Shown: one piece after another, positions 18,002 through 30,900 of the stretch
Position numbering within the stretch: the stretch's first letter is position 1
How the letters are laid out: each line of letters opens with the position of its first letter
Assembly (NCBI GenBank): GCA_949358305.1
Contig: OX442314.1
Coordinates: 27,094,001 to 27,158,000, forward strand
Reading direction: 5' to 3'
Length of the DNA stretch: 64,000 nucleotides
From: Strigamia acuminata
Lineage: Eukaryota
Translations under genes and position numbers: made by a program
The notes under the pieces: model-generated
The model's input: only the letters and a program-made list of their open reading frames with translations
Told to the model about the DNA's origin: nothing
Databases searched by the model: none

Positions 18002-21000
18002 TTAGCGCTTTGTTGCACAAATATTTTGAAGAACAGGTTGTAAAATAATTGCAAAAATACATTCTATTGTTACTGTCGCTTTAGAAGTAAATGAAAATTG
18101 TTGTAACAGAGTTGTTAAATAAAGAAACATTTGCATTTGGGCCATTGCCTCTCCAATGCATAACCGCTTACCTATATAAATAAAATAGTGGTCAGAGAAA
18201 ATACAAGTGTAATTTGGAAGCAATATTAGTTTACCAATGGAAAATGGAATCAACTCTTCCATGTTTTTAACCTTATAATCTTCAGTAAGAAAGCGTTCCG
18301 GTTTGAAACATTCTGGTTCTGGAAACAAGTTTGGATCGTTGTGGACTGCATATGCATTGCCGTATATGGTTGTCTTTTTTGGAATAAAATAACCAGCTAG
18401 TGTTGCATCTTCACTTGCACTACAAAAAATTAGTCTTACAGCTCATTGTAAGAATTCAACTTGACGTTTACACTGGGAAAAAATATGGCTTTAAATGTCT
18501 TTTAATTGCTGAAAAGTTAATGTAAATTTGGACTTTTAGCTTTCTAAAGTCACATTTACAGTACACACTAGGTGCATTCAAAAACTTCTAAACGTATGCA
18601 AAACTCGTTTCCTGTCTGGGCATGTGACGTCATTCCCATGTTATTCAGTGGGAATGACGTCACATGGTCAGACAGGAAACGAGTTTTGCATACGTTTTAG
18701 AGTTTTTGAATGCAGCTAGTGTAAATTTTTGTTTTAATCAATAACTTTACAAAATAAAAAGACATTTTACAATAAATATGCACAACAACTTTACAGTTTT
18801 TAAATTTCAAATTTGTCGTTTTCACAATAATTTCATTTAATTAATATAATTATTCACGCTACACCAGCAACCAACCTGTCACATACAGGGCGTGACTTCA
18901 TGGGTGACGTGGCCGGTCACTTACTAACATTTTATCGTACTTAGTACTTATCGCGTACAACCCATGTAGCCGCTCATGGAGGCTACAGCAGGCACATCGC
19001 CATACTACTGAACGTCACAGTGGTGAATGGTGAGAGGAGCAGAGTCGGCACCAGGCACGCTTGCCCTTGCCGGAGTTGGGACCTTTGCAGCACACGTCTT
19101 CTCTCTCGGGTCTCTGCTGAACTCTCTCTCCACACCACTCGGCTCCCTCCTTCCCTAGTTGGGTCAGTCCACCCCGCAAGAGCGGTGTGTGGAGTGACGC
19201 AGGTCAACGTGGGTGGCCAAGCAGTCACACTGTAAAGCTTACATTTACACATGAATTTTTGGGACATTTACAATTCCTAAAGCCATATTTTTTCCAGTGT
19301 TACGAATGTAAAGTGTGTTTCAGTGTAAGTACGGCACTCCTCCTATTGGCTAATGGGATATATAGCATTCCAATTGGCTGGAGGCCACATAACAAATGTA
19401 TAACCTAGGTATAACTCTTTAGACTTTTCTTTTGTTATGAGGCATACAACCAATGGGGATGCTCTTCACTAGCAAATAGGAGGAGTACCATACTTACAGT
19501 GAAACAGACTTTAGGCGCATTCATTAAGTTTTTGTATGATGTTTAAGCGACTGCACTCACGTGTGAGGAGAAAGTAAAGGTATGAGCGAGATCATCCTGC
19601 TTATTTCCAGTATGGTCGCTTGAGTGTACGGCATTAACCTTTGATCTGACATTGATGGTTGTCTATCCCTTCCAATCACTCCGTCAATTTCCGTTTGCAC
19701 TTTTGCTTGCACATGAGGGTACTTTATCATATACAAAATAGCCCATTCCAAATTCGTGCTTGTTGTATCACTTCCAGCAATAAACAATTCGCTCAAAACC
19801 TTGGCCAGTTTTTTTTCTATAAATAGTAATGGATAAATGATATGCTCAGTCTTCATTAGTCAACTTGGATTTCATGTTCTTCTTGGATTGCAGGTTTTTA
19901 ACGTGAAAATTGCCCTTTTTTAATTGAATTAAAAAGGTGTTGAGACCCATCTTTTGAATGTTCTAATATGATCGGTTTCCGTTTAAGGACATAACAAGTT
20001 TTTTGGACTCTTTTCTTATGTGTGAGGGAGCCAGCAGTAAACTGCTTAGCTTACTGCTGATTATTGGATTCTTTAAGTGAATATAGTTTAATTTATAAGT
20101 GCATGAATATTTACCATTAAAATTGGCTGGATTTGTATTCGGTTTCTCGGTTTCAGCTCTCCAAACATCAATAAAACTTTGTTGGTTGTTTATGCCTTTG
20201 TGAATTTTGTCGTATTTTTGAACTTCATCTAGGATCTTTCTGTACAGCAAAGTTCCTTTATCTCTGTACAAATAAATGAAAAATGTCTTTAAAGTGCACT
20301 TATGTTTAATGGCGTTTGGCACTGACGTCGGTTTTGTGATTCCAAATACTTTGACTATCCAGTCTGGCAGAAATTCCGACCATTGGTCTATTCCTACCGA
20401 AGCTACAAGATCATTGGATAACTGCATGAGTTGTTGAAAATCTTTATTCTCGTAGTCCATTCTTTCTCCATACATGATGGTGCAAATTACATTAGTAATA
20501 CTTGTTCTGAGCATTTCTCGGAAGTAAGATGGTTTTCCTTCCAAGGTTTTAATATGTTTAATTAAAAATTGTATTTCATCCTAATAAAATACAATGTGTT
20601 TTAATTAAAAATATAGTCACTTGGCTTTGGGATTGTATTTGTACTTGAATTTTTGGTTCCAAACTTGCTTTACCCATTCCAAAGTTGCGCAGAGCAGTCA
20701 ATGAGAAGCGTCGTAATTGTATTCGAGGAGCACCATCACTTCCAATGATGCCTAGAAAATATGTAAATTATTAGTAATAGTCATAGACTATTTTAATGTA
20801 TGACTCATACCCAGAATTGTTAGATCTAATTGTTGCAAATTATCATTAGTTCAACGTTTTGTTAAAGGTTATAACGTTTGCGACACGTTATGCGCGTGTC
20901 ATTCTATTATTGTAAAAACTGTTTTCTGAAGAGTAAAGACGTGTAACTTTGTGTTTCGTTAACGTGTGATCTTTTATTCGATTTTGACATTCGAAATACA

Positions 21001-22106
21001 ACAAGAATACACCGACAAATACAGTAGTAGTCTAGTAAGTTTCTATACATGTACGTACCTTTATGCGAGTCAAATGTTGCAAGAGCTTGAAAGTTGTCGG
21101 GTTTTTCTATATAGTTGTCACTTAGTTGGAACACTTCCTTGATCAGTTTAAATGATGATAAAACTACAACACGTTCACTTGCAATGTTGATTCTGAAAAC
21201 GTGGTATTTGTAAAATCATTGCAATGAAACAAAAAGAATAATTGTAATAAACAGGCAGCATGAAGTATCAATTCGGATGCTAATCCTTAATACTAGCTGC
21301 ATTCAAAAATTAAAATACCAATTTTAGTTTAAGTGTATTTTAAGTTTTAACATGGGTTTAAACAGGAAATGATGTCATTTTTGGTTTAAAATGGTTGGTT
21401 TAAAATTTTTGGTTTAAAAAGCATACTTTATGTACAATAATTTAGACACGATAGGGCCCACCGGGGGCCCGTGACTGGATTTTGGTGTTTTTGTTGTTTG
21501 ATGTCTGATAATATCCTACCAAAATGAGTGCAATTTTGAATCTTGTTAAAGGTGCTGAAATTTCGTGAGCCGGCAATGCGCAAATTAAATTCGCGCAATG
21601 CAAAACCTTTGTTTCGCTTGCGAAATCCGCACAGTATACTTGTAGTATTGAAACTCCCATCTAATTTTTACCGCGCATTTTAAAATTTAGTAATAAATCC
21701 TCGCGGGAAGCAAACCGCAGAGAAATTACCGTACGGAACAAGAAGAAAAAAATGTCAGTATCTTATCAGCAAGGCCAAACTTCATATGGTTCATAGGGCA
21801 AAACATTCAGCCAAAAATGATGTAATTTTGTAATGCTTCTTGGCGCCACAGTCTACTTGACAGTTATAAGTTAAATCTGGTTTAGAAAGGTTATACTTAC
21901 GTATAAATTTCTCCATATTTCTCTTTGAGTTTGGTTAGTGCAAGATGCGGTTTGCTGCCGAGGAATGGCAAATATCCCAAGACTGGTATTCCTTTAGGTC
22001 CAGGTGGCAAGTTTTTCGGAGATTTCATGTATTTTAAAGTTAGCCATAACACAATTGCGGCGATTGCAAATACGAATGCATTTAGAGGAAAGTCATAAGG
22101 AATCAT
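18002..22106 (-). CDS. CYP unit 3, cytochrome P450 (CYP2 clan), 8 exons, 486 aa, apparently intact
   Basis: Exons 21901-22106, 21059-21192, 20645-20751, 20327-20580, 20115-20263, 19561-19816, 18235-18419, 18002-18171 with GT-AG and compatible phases (1461 nt). Signal anchor, PPGP, AGSDTT (I helix), [18 protein letters not shown]. Confidence 0.92.
18471..19299. mobile_element. CACTG-ended MITE in CYP intron 6 (also about 28385-29081) containing a nested GC-rich repeat
   Basis: TIR CACTGGGAAAAAATATGGCTTT / AAAGCCATATTTTTTCCAGTG. TTA duplication inferred from the empty site in unit 4 (about 23700). Confidence 0.7.
18856..19228. repeat. Unclassified interspersed repeat of about 380-420 bp (copies at about 28617-29004, 25960-26237 partial, 50500-50923 inverted)
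   Basis: Shared segments CCAGCAACC.ACC.GTCACA.ACAGG, GGAGCAGAGTCGGCA and GTGTGGAGTGA.G.AGGTCA.CG.GGGTGGC.AAGC.GTCAC. Confidence 0.75.
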
Positions 22107-23231
22107 GTTTTTTTCCCCAGTATTTTTCACTGCAGAAATTTCGAAGTATAAAAATTGCTACAGTATATACTGTAGATAATTTGGCGAGATTAAAGTTAAA
22201 TAGGAATTGATATCAATTTAAATCTGCTAAATACGGTATCCGAGAGGTGACATAAACCTTCTTTTATGACATGCCATTCGATAATTTTGATATTTGGTAA
22301 ATATTCGTTTTTCGGTGATTGGACAATAAAAGAGAATGATGTTTCAGGATGCATGCGATTAGTATTTATTTTCATTTTGTGTACACAAATTAAGTTAAAA
22401 TTGATGTTACATCATAAGTAGTTTTTATTATTATTACTCCCTCTGTCCCAAATTATGGTATACATTTCTCTAAAAAATTCTTGATTATCGTTGGTTTTGT
22501 ATATTTCTAAGATATTTTAACTGAATATCCTTCACAATTAAGTGTGTTTACTAACCAATGGATTGCATTATGGGTAATTAGTTTTATCATTTTGTTATTG
22601 CTGAGTTGCATCTTCTCAAAATGCACTCAAAATTAAGTGACACCTGTTGTGCTTAAAGTAAAGTGAAAATTAATTCGAAAAATGCCTGTTTCCAAAGAAA
22701 AATAACAAAATAGAATAAATTAACTGAAAATCAGTGAAATTGTATACAACAGCTCTAGCTGAAACAAAGCATTGTTAGGAATAAGGCACTATTAATGAAA
22801 TTTGCAGGCAAATTGAAATTACTCCACTAACTATTTCACGAATTCGGCGAGAAGTTAAAAAACAATATAATGAAGGACATATTCCTGCCAAAAGATAAAC
22901 ATAACAATGTATTTTTGACATTGCAATGTTGTATGGAGTCAGGGAATGGCAAAGAATGGCACCAATTACAAAATTCACAAATTCAGAGCAATCATTACAA
23001 GTTATTGTTATGTTATTGTTATTGTTAATGTTTACTCTTTATTTTTTATTGTTATTATTTACTCCATATTATTTATTGTTTACTTAATTTATTTATAATT
23101 TAACTTATTTATATTAATTTTGCATTTTTATAATGACAAAAATCGAATAAAACTTGAAATGTATACATTTATAATGGGTTAGGACAGATTAGGTAAAATC
23201 ATTTTATTTTTTGGTTGATGATATTTGGGTG

Positions 23232-26200
23232 TTAGTGCTTTGTTGCACAAATATTTTGACGAACAGGTTGTAAAACAATTGCAAAAATACATTCCATTGT
23301 TACTGTCGCTTTAGAAGTAAATGAAAATTGTTGTAACAGAGTTGTTAAATAAAGAAACATTTGCATTCGGGCCAGTGCCTCTCCAATGCATTGCCGCTTA
23401 CCTGTATAAACAAAATAGTGGTCCGAGAAAATACAAGTGTAATTTGGAAGTTAAATTAGTTTACCTATGGAAAATGGAATCAACTCTTCCATGTATTTAA
23501 CTTTATAATCTTCAGTAAGAAACCGTTCTGGTTTGAAACACTCTGGTTCTGGAAACAAGTTTGGATCGTTGTGAACTGCATATGCATTGGCGTATATTGT
23601 TGTCTTTTTTGGAATGAAATAACCAGCCAGTGTTGCATCTTCACTTGCACTACAAAATATTAGTCTTACAGCTCATTGAAAGAATTCAACTTGACGTTTA
23701 CAAATGTAGGCACACTCATAAAGTCTTTGGATGTTTAATCTACTATACTCACGTGTGAGGATTTAGTAAAGGTACGAGCGAGATCATCCTGCTTATTTCC
23801 AGTATAGTCGCTTGTGTGTACGGCATTAACCTTTGATCTGACATTGATGGTTGTCTATCTTTTCCAATCACTTCGTCAATTTCTTTTTGAAGTTTTGCTT
23901 GCACATGAGGGTACTTTATCATATACAAAATCGCCCATTCCAAATTCGTGCTTGTTGTGTCACTTCCAGCAATAAACAATTCGCTCAAAACCTTTGCCAG
24001 TTTTTTTTCTAGAAATGATAATAGATAAATAATATGCTCAGTCTCCGTTAGTTATAGCTACAACGTGGGAGTAAGGATGTACTTCATTTTAGCGACACAT
24101 TATTTTAGCGAACATGTCATTTTAGCGACACAAAAATTGCTAAAATGACATGTTCGTTAAAGTGATGGTCGATAAAACGGCACTAATACTTACACTAATA
24201 TTAACCTAACCATATAGTTTAGGTTTAATTCCTGAGAAGGGCTAACAAGGGGGGGCGCAGCATCCCCTTGACTCCCCGCGAACTTATCCTTACTGGTTTT
24301 TTGATGCAAACCACTTTTTTGAGCCGGCTTGTTGCGGTAAATCGTGCCGCGTCGCTAAAATGTTGCGTCCCTAAAATGTGTCAATCACTACTGGAAAATT
24401 ACCTTATTGTCACTAAAACGTGATCGCTAAAATGGGACTTTTTTTGCTAAAATGACTGTAACCAGTTAAAGCCACTCAGAAAAGTCCACATTCTGAGTTA
24501 GTCTCATTCATCAATAGCAAAATTTACCCCACCATGTAGTATTCCTTCCCCATATGGAACTCATCCCCAAAAAGATATAAAACCCTACTGATCACTGCAT
24601 ACAATCAAGCACTTCTGTTTGCATTCCGTATCCCGTGGATGTCAAAGATCGACTCTCATTGTATTAGATTAATAGATGTGACCCTCGGGAACTTGTTGCG
24701 CCTTAATGACTTTTCTGCACTCGTGGACGCCGTTTGTAGCCAGTTTCACCCAGCACACCACATCGCAGAATGTTAGGCATTCTTAGTAATTCGCAATAAC
24801 GTAATTGCGCAACCGCGGAATGAATAAACACGTTTATTATTTCCGCGCAAGCATAATAGTCAATAATCGCCAGCAGTAATCGGCCTACTGCTGATTGGTG
24901 GATTCTTTGAGTGAATATAGTTTAATTTATAAATGCATGAGTGTTTACCATTAAAATTGGTTAGATTTGTATTCGGTTTCTCAGTTTCATCTCTCCAAAC
25001 ATCAATAAAACTTTGTTGGTTGTTTATGCCTTTGTGAATTTTGTCGTATTTTTGAACTTCATCTAGGATCTTTCTGTACAGCAATGTTCCTTTATCTCTG
25101 TACAAATAAAAAAAATGCCTTTAAAGTGCACTTAAGTTTACAGGCGTTTGGCACTGACACTGGTTTTGCGATTCCAAGAGCATTGACCATCCATTCTGGC
25201 AGAAATTGCGACCATTGATCTATTCCTAACGAATTTACAAATTCGTCGGATAAGTTTAAGAGTTGTTGAAAATCTTGACTCTCGTAGTCCATTCTTTCTC
25301 CATACATGATCGTGCAAATTACATTAGTAATGCTTTTCCTAAGCATTTCTCGGAAGTAAGATGGTTTCCCTTCCAAGGTTTTAATATGGTTGATTAAAAA
25401 TTGTATTTCATCCTAATGAAATCAAAGAACTGTTGCAATTAGTAAGATAATCAACTTGGCTTTGGGTTTGTATTAGTACTTGAATTTTTGGTTCCAAACT
25501 TGCTTTACCCATCCCAAAGTTGCGCAGAGCAGTCAATGAGAACCGTCGTAATTCTATTCGAGGAGCACCACCGCTTCCAAACATGCCTAGAAAATAATTA
25601 AATGATTAGTAATAGACATAGACAATTTTAATGTGTGACTATGCCCAGTGTTGTATGCGTCACCGTTACGTAACTGTAACGGTAAGGCGTTACTTAATTT
25701 GGCCAGTGTAACGCAACGGTAATTCGTTACTTTTTTGTGGTAACGGCTTGTGACTGGTATGGTCTTCGCCAAGCTAACCTGGGGACTGGTTAACCTGGTT
25801 TGGGACGCATACTCACGTAAAATGACAAAGACTCCCTATTATTGGTTTGTTGGCCTTTAATAATGTTGTCTAGGGGTATGGGGAATACCATCACCCGTTG
25901 TCGTATTCACCTTCGACCCAAGCGACCACTTGTGCACTATGGAGACGGCCATAGTACTGAGCTTCTTCGTGGTGAATGGCGAGGAGTGCATAGTTCACAA
26001 CCCGGGACACGTCTTGTCCTTTCGATGGCTACAGTTCCTCAGCTCTCTCCCGGTCAGAGAGCTACTCTCGTCTCTCTCACGGCCGGTAACAGACTGACTC
26101 TCACTCCTCTCCCCACCACACCACTCTGCTCCTTCCTCCCCTAGGCTAGATCAGTTCACCCAATGAGGGGATGACCTTGGGGCCGTAAGTTGGTGTGTGG

Positions 26201-27405
26201 CAGTGACACAGGTCACCTGGGTGGCTAAGCGGTCACAGGCTGTTTATTAAACGTTAAGTTACCGTTACATTTATACATGTTATCAGTCAACGATTTTGCT
26301 ATGCATTACCAATTATGTGTAATTGTCGTATGCCGTAGTAAATTACAATTTTACTTTATGCTCTTGGATGAAGACACAAATCCTAGTGTTCTTCATAAAT
26401 TCCCTTTGATAAAACAAACTTTTTTACAATTTCACACACCGCTGACTTCAAGTGCGCCGGTAGAACGGCTGTTTAGTGGCGGTAATGGTAATTTAATGTG
26501 CAAACATGTAACGGTAACGGTTGGTAACTACGGTAGTTACTTTTTTGGCCAAGTAACGGTAACGGTTAACTAGTTACCAAATTCCAGTAACGCATGCAAC
26601 ACTGCTCATACTCAGAATACACCCACAAATGCAGTAGGTTACTAAGTTTCTATCAGTAATACTGTACGTACCTTCTTGTGAGTCAAATATCATAAGAGCT
26701 GAAAAGTTGACAGGTTTTTCTATATAGTTGTCACTTAGTTGGAACACTTCCTTGATCAATTTAAATGATGATAAAACTACAACACGTTCACTTGCAATGT
26801 TGATTCTGAAAACAGGTTATTTGTAAAATCATTGCAATGAACCAAAAATCGCGCGCAAAGCAAACCGCAGAGTAACTACCGTACAGAACAAGCAAAAAAA
26901 TGACAGTAGCTGCATTCAAAAACTCTAAAACGCCTCTAAAACTCGTTTCGTGTCTATACGTGTGACGTCATTCCCATTGAATAACATGAGAATGACGTCG
27001 CATGTACAGACACGAAACGAGTTTTAGAGGCGTTTTAGAGTTTTTGAATGCAGCTAGTATCTTATCAGCAAGGCCAAACTTCATATGGTTAAAAAGGCAA
27101 AAAATTCAACCAAAAATGATGTAATTTTGTAATGCTTCTTGGCACCACAGTCTACTTGACAGTTATAAGTTAAATCTGGTTTAGAAAGGTTATACTTACG
27201 TATAAATGTCTCCATATTTCTCTTTGAGTTTGGTTAGTGCAAGATGCGGTTTGCTGCCAAGGAATGGCAAATATCCCAAGACTGGTATTCCTTTAGGTCC
27301 AGGTGGCAAATTTTTCGGAGATTTCATGTATTTTAAAGTTATCCATAACACAATTGCGACGATTGCAAATACGAATGGATTTAGAGGAAGGTCATAAGGA
27401 ATCAT
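23232..27405 (-). CDS. CYP unit 4, cytochrome P450 (CYP2 clan), 8 exons, 486 aa, apparently intact
   Basis: Exons 27200-27405, 26672-26805, 25480-25586, 25159-25412, 24949-25097, 23753-24008, 23465-23649, 23232-23401; same lengths as unit 3; heme motif FSIGKRQCIG. Confidence 0.9.
24238..24330 (+). repeat. Core of an unclassified repeat, also at about 42129-42250
   Basis: Shared AGGGCTAACAAGGGGGGGCGCAG...CCCCTTGAC..CCCCGC.AAC.TA.CCTTACTGGTTTTTT. Confidence 0.6.
25646..26604 (+). mobile_element. hAT-derived non-autonomous element in intron 2 of CYP unit 4
   Basis: TIR CAGTGTTG.ATGCGT / ACGCATGCAACACTG, degenerate 8-bp TSD, subterminal GTAAC repeats. Remnant [26 protein letters not shown] matches the hAT C-terminal dimerisation motif. 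Confidence 0.8.
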
Positions 27406-27914
27406 GTTTTTCCCCCAGTATTTTTCACTGCAGAAATTGCTAAGTATAAAAATTGCTACAGTATGTAGTGTAGATAATTTGGCGAGATTAAATTTAAATA
27501 GAAATTGATATCAATTTAAATGTGATTAATACGGAATCCGAAAGGTGACATTTACCTTCTTTTACGACACGGCATTTGATGATTTTAATATTCCGTAAAT
27601 CTTCGTTTTTCCGTGATTTTACAATAAAAGTGAATCGTGGTTTTAGGATGCACGCGATTAGTATTTATTTTCCTTTTGTGTATACACATTAAATTGCTCC
27701 CAAAAATTGGATGAAAAATTATTCTTTTTATTACCAATTCAGTTTTGATGCCACTTATTAAAGCAAGTGTTTATTGTCAGAAAATAATGGTTTGGTTTAA
27801 GGTCCCTTCTGCAAATCAGTTTTATCAGACGCAAATGCTGTCAATACGTTTGTATTCGGTTAGGGTAGGTTAGGTAGAATCATTTTACTTTGGTTAATGC
27901 TAAATCTTTCGGTG

Positions 27915-30900
27915 TTAGCGCTTTGTTGCACAAATATTTTGAAGAACAGGTTGTAAAACAATTGCAGAAATACATTCTATTGTTACTGTCGCTTTAGAAG
28001 TAAATGAAAATTGTTGTAACAGAGTTGTTAAATAAAGAAACATTTGCATTCGGGCCAATGCCTCTCCAATGCATAACCGCTTACCTATAGAAATAAAATA
28101 GTGGTCAGAGAAAATACAAGTGTAATTTGGAAGGAACATTTGTTTACCAATGGAAAAAGGAATCAACTCTTCCACGTGTTTAACTTTATAATCTTCAGTA
28201 AGAAAGCGTTCCGGTTTGAAACACTCGGGTTCTGGAAACAAGTTTGGATCGTTGTGAACTGCATACGCATTGCCATATATGGTTGTCTTTTTTGGAATAA
28301 AATAACCAGCTAGTGTTGCATCTTCACTTGCACTACAAAAAATTAGTCTTACAGGTCATTGAAAGAATTCAACTTGACATTTAGACTGGGAAAAAATATG
28401 GCTTTAAACGTCTTTTAATTGCTGAAAAGTTAATGTAAATTTGGACTTTTAGCTTTCTAAAGTCACATTTACACAGTGTAACTTTTTGTTTTAATCAATA
28501 ACTTTACAAAATTAAAAAGACATTTTACAATAAATATGCACAACAACTTTACAGTTTTTAAATTTCAAAATTTTCGTTTTCACAATAATTTAATTTAATT
28601 AATTTAATTAGGCATTCTACACCAGCAACCGACCCGTCACACACAGGCCGGTCACTTACTAACATTCTATCGTAACTTAGTACTTACCGAGTACAACCCA
28701 TGTAGCCGCTCATGGAGGCTGCAGCAGGCACATCGCCATACTACTGATGTACTGAATGTCACAGTGGTGATTTGTGAAAGGAGCAGAGTCGGCACCAGGC
28801 ACGCTTGCCCTTGCCGGAGTTGGGACCTTTGCAGCACACGTCTTCTCTCTCGGGTCTCTCTGCTCAACTCTCTATTCACAGTTCACACCACTCGGCTTTC
28901 TCCTTTTCTAGCTGGGTCAGTCCAGCTCGCAAGGGGGGTTGACCTAAGGGCCACTGGGCGGTGTGTGGAGTGACGCAGGTCACCGTGGGTGGCTAAGCGG
29001 GCACACTGTAAAGCTTACATTCACACATGAATTTTTGGGACATTTACCGGTACAATTCCTGAAGCCATATTTTTTCCAGTGTTTCGAATGTAAAGTGTGT
29101 TTCAGTGTAAGGATGCTCTATATCCCACTAGCAAATAGGAGGAGTGCCATACTTAAAGTGAAACAGACTTTGGACGCATTCATTAAGTTTTTGTATGACG
29201 TTTAAGCGACTATACTCACGTGTGAGGAGAAAGTAATGGTACGAGCGAGACCATCCTGCTTATTTCCAGTATGGTCGCTTGAGTGTACGGCATTAACCTT
29301 TGATCTGACATTGATGGTTGTCTATCCTTTCCAATCACTTCGTCAATTTCTGATTGAACTTTTGCTAGCACATGAGGGTATTTTATCATATACAAAATAG
29401 CCCATTCCAAATTCGTGCTTGTTGTATCACTTCCAGCAATAAACAATTCGCTCAAAACCTTGGCCAGTTTTTTTTCTATAAATAGTAATGGATAAATGAT
29501 ATGCTCAGTCTTCATTAGTCAACTTGGATTGCAAGTTCTTCTTGAATTGCAGGTTTTTAACGTGAAAATAGCCTTTTTTTAATTGAATCAAAAAGTTTTT
29601 GAGACCCATCTTTTGAATGTTCTAATATGATCGGTTTCCGTCTGAAGGACATAACAAATTTTTTGGACTATTTACGTATACGTGAGGGAGCCAGCAGTAA
29701 TCTGCTTACTGCTGATTAGTGGATTCTTTGAGTGAATATAGTTTAATTTATACATGCATGAGTGTTTACCATTAAAATTGGCCGGATTTGTATTCGGTTT
29801 CTCAGTTTCAGCTCTCCAAACATCAATAAAACTTTGTTGGTTGTTTATGCCTTTGTGAATTTGGTCGTATTTCTGAACTTCATCTAGGATTTTTCTGTAC
29901 AGCAAAGTTCCTTTATCTCTATAAAAAAAAATTTTAAAAAAAATCTTTAAAGTACAGTTAAGTTTAATGGGCGTTTGGCACTGACGCTGGTTTTGCGATT
30001 CCAAGAGCATTGACTACCCATTCTGGCAGAAATTGCGACCATTGATCTATTCCTAACGATTTTATAAATTCGTCGGATAACTTTAAGAGTTGTTGAAAAT
30101 CTTTATTCTCGTAGTCCATTCTTTCCCCATACATGATGGTGCAAATTACATTAGTAATACTTGTTTTGAGCATTTCTCGGAAGTAAGATGGTTTTCCGTC
30201 CAAGGTTTTAATATGGTTAATTAAAAATTGTATTTCATCCTAATGAAATACAATGTTTTAATTAAAATATAATTAACTTGGCTTTGAGATTGTATTTGTA
30301 CTTGAATTTTTGGTTCCAAACTTGCTTTACCCATTCCAAAGTTGCGCAGAGTAGTCAATGAGAAGCGTCGTAATTCTATCCGAGGAGCACCACCACTTCC
30401 AAATATGCCTAGAAAATATTTAAATCATTATTAATAGTCATATACAATTTAAATGTGTGACTCATACCCAGAATACACCCACAAAAACAGTAGTAGTCTA
30501 GTAAGTTTCTATCAGTAATACGTACCTTCTTGCGAGTCAAACGTCACAAGAGCTGAAAAGTTGTCAGGTTTTTCTATATAGTTGTCACTTAGTTGGAACA
30601 CTTCCTTGATCAGTTTAAATGATGATAAAACTACAACACGTTCACTTGCAATGTTGATTCTGAAAACATGGTATTTGTAAAATCATTGCAATGAAACAAA
30701 AAGAATTATTGTAATAAACAGGCAGCATGAAGTATCGGATGCTAATCCTTAATCCTGACAAGGGAACCACACGAATAAGTCGTATTAGATTTTGGCCATA
30801 TTTTGGTCAAATGATGTCTAAACAATAACACAATTTTATATGTATAATAAAGGTTAAATGGCAACAATACCACACCATGAAATACCGCAACACACGGACG

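Noticed and set aside
22107..22130. MKNTGEKN-type N-terminal extensions of CYP exon 1
   Set aside because: They start at a GTG within CTGCAG|TG, an acceptor-like site; the conserved ATG is at MIP.
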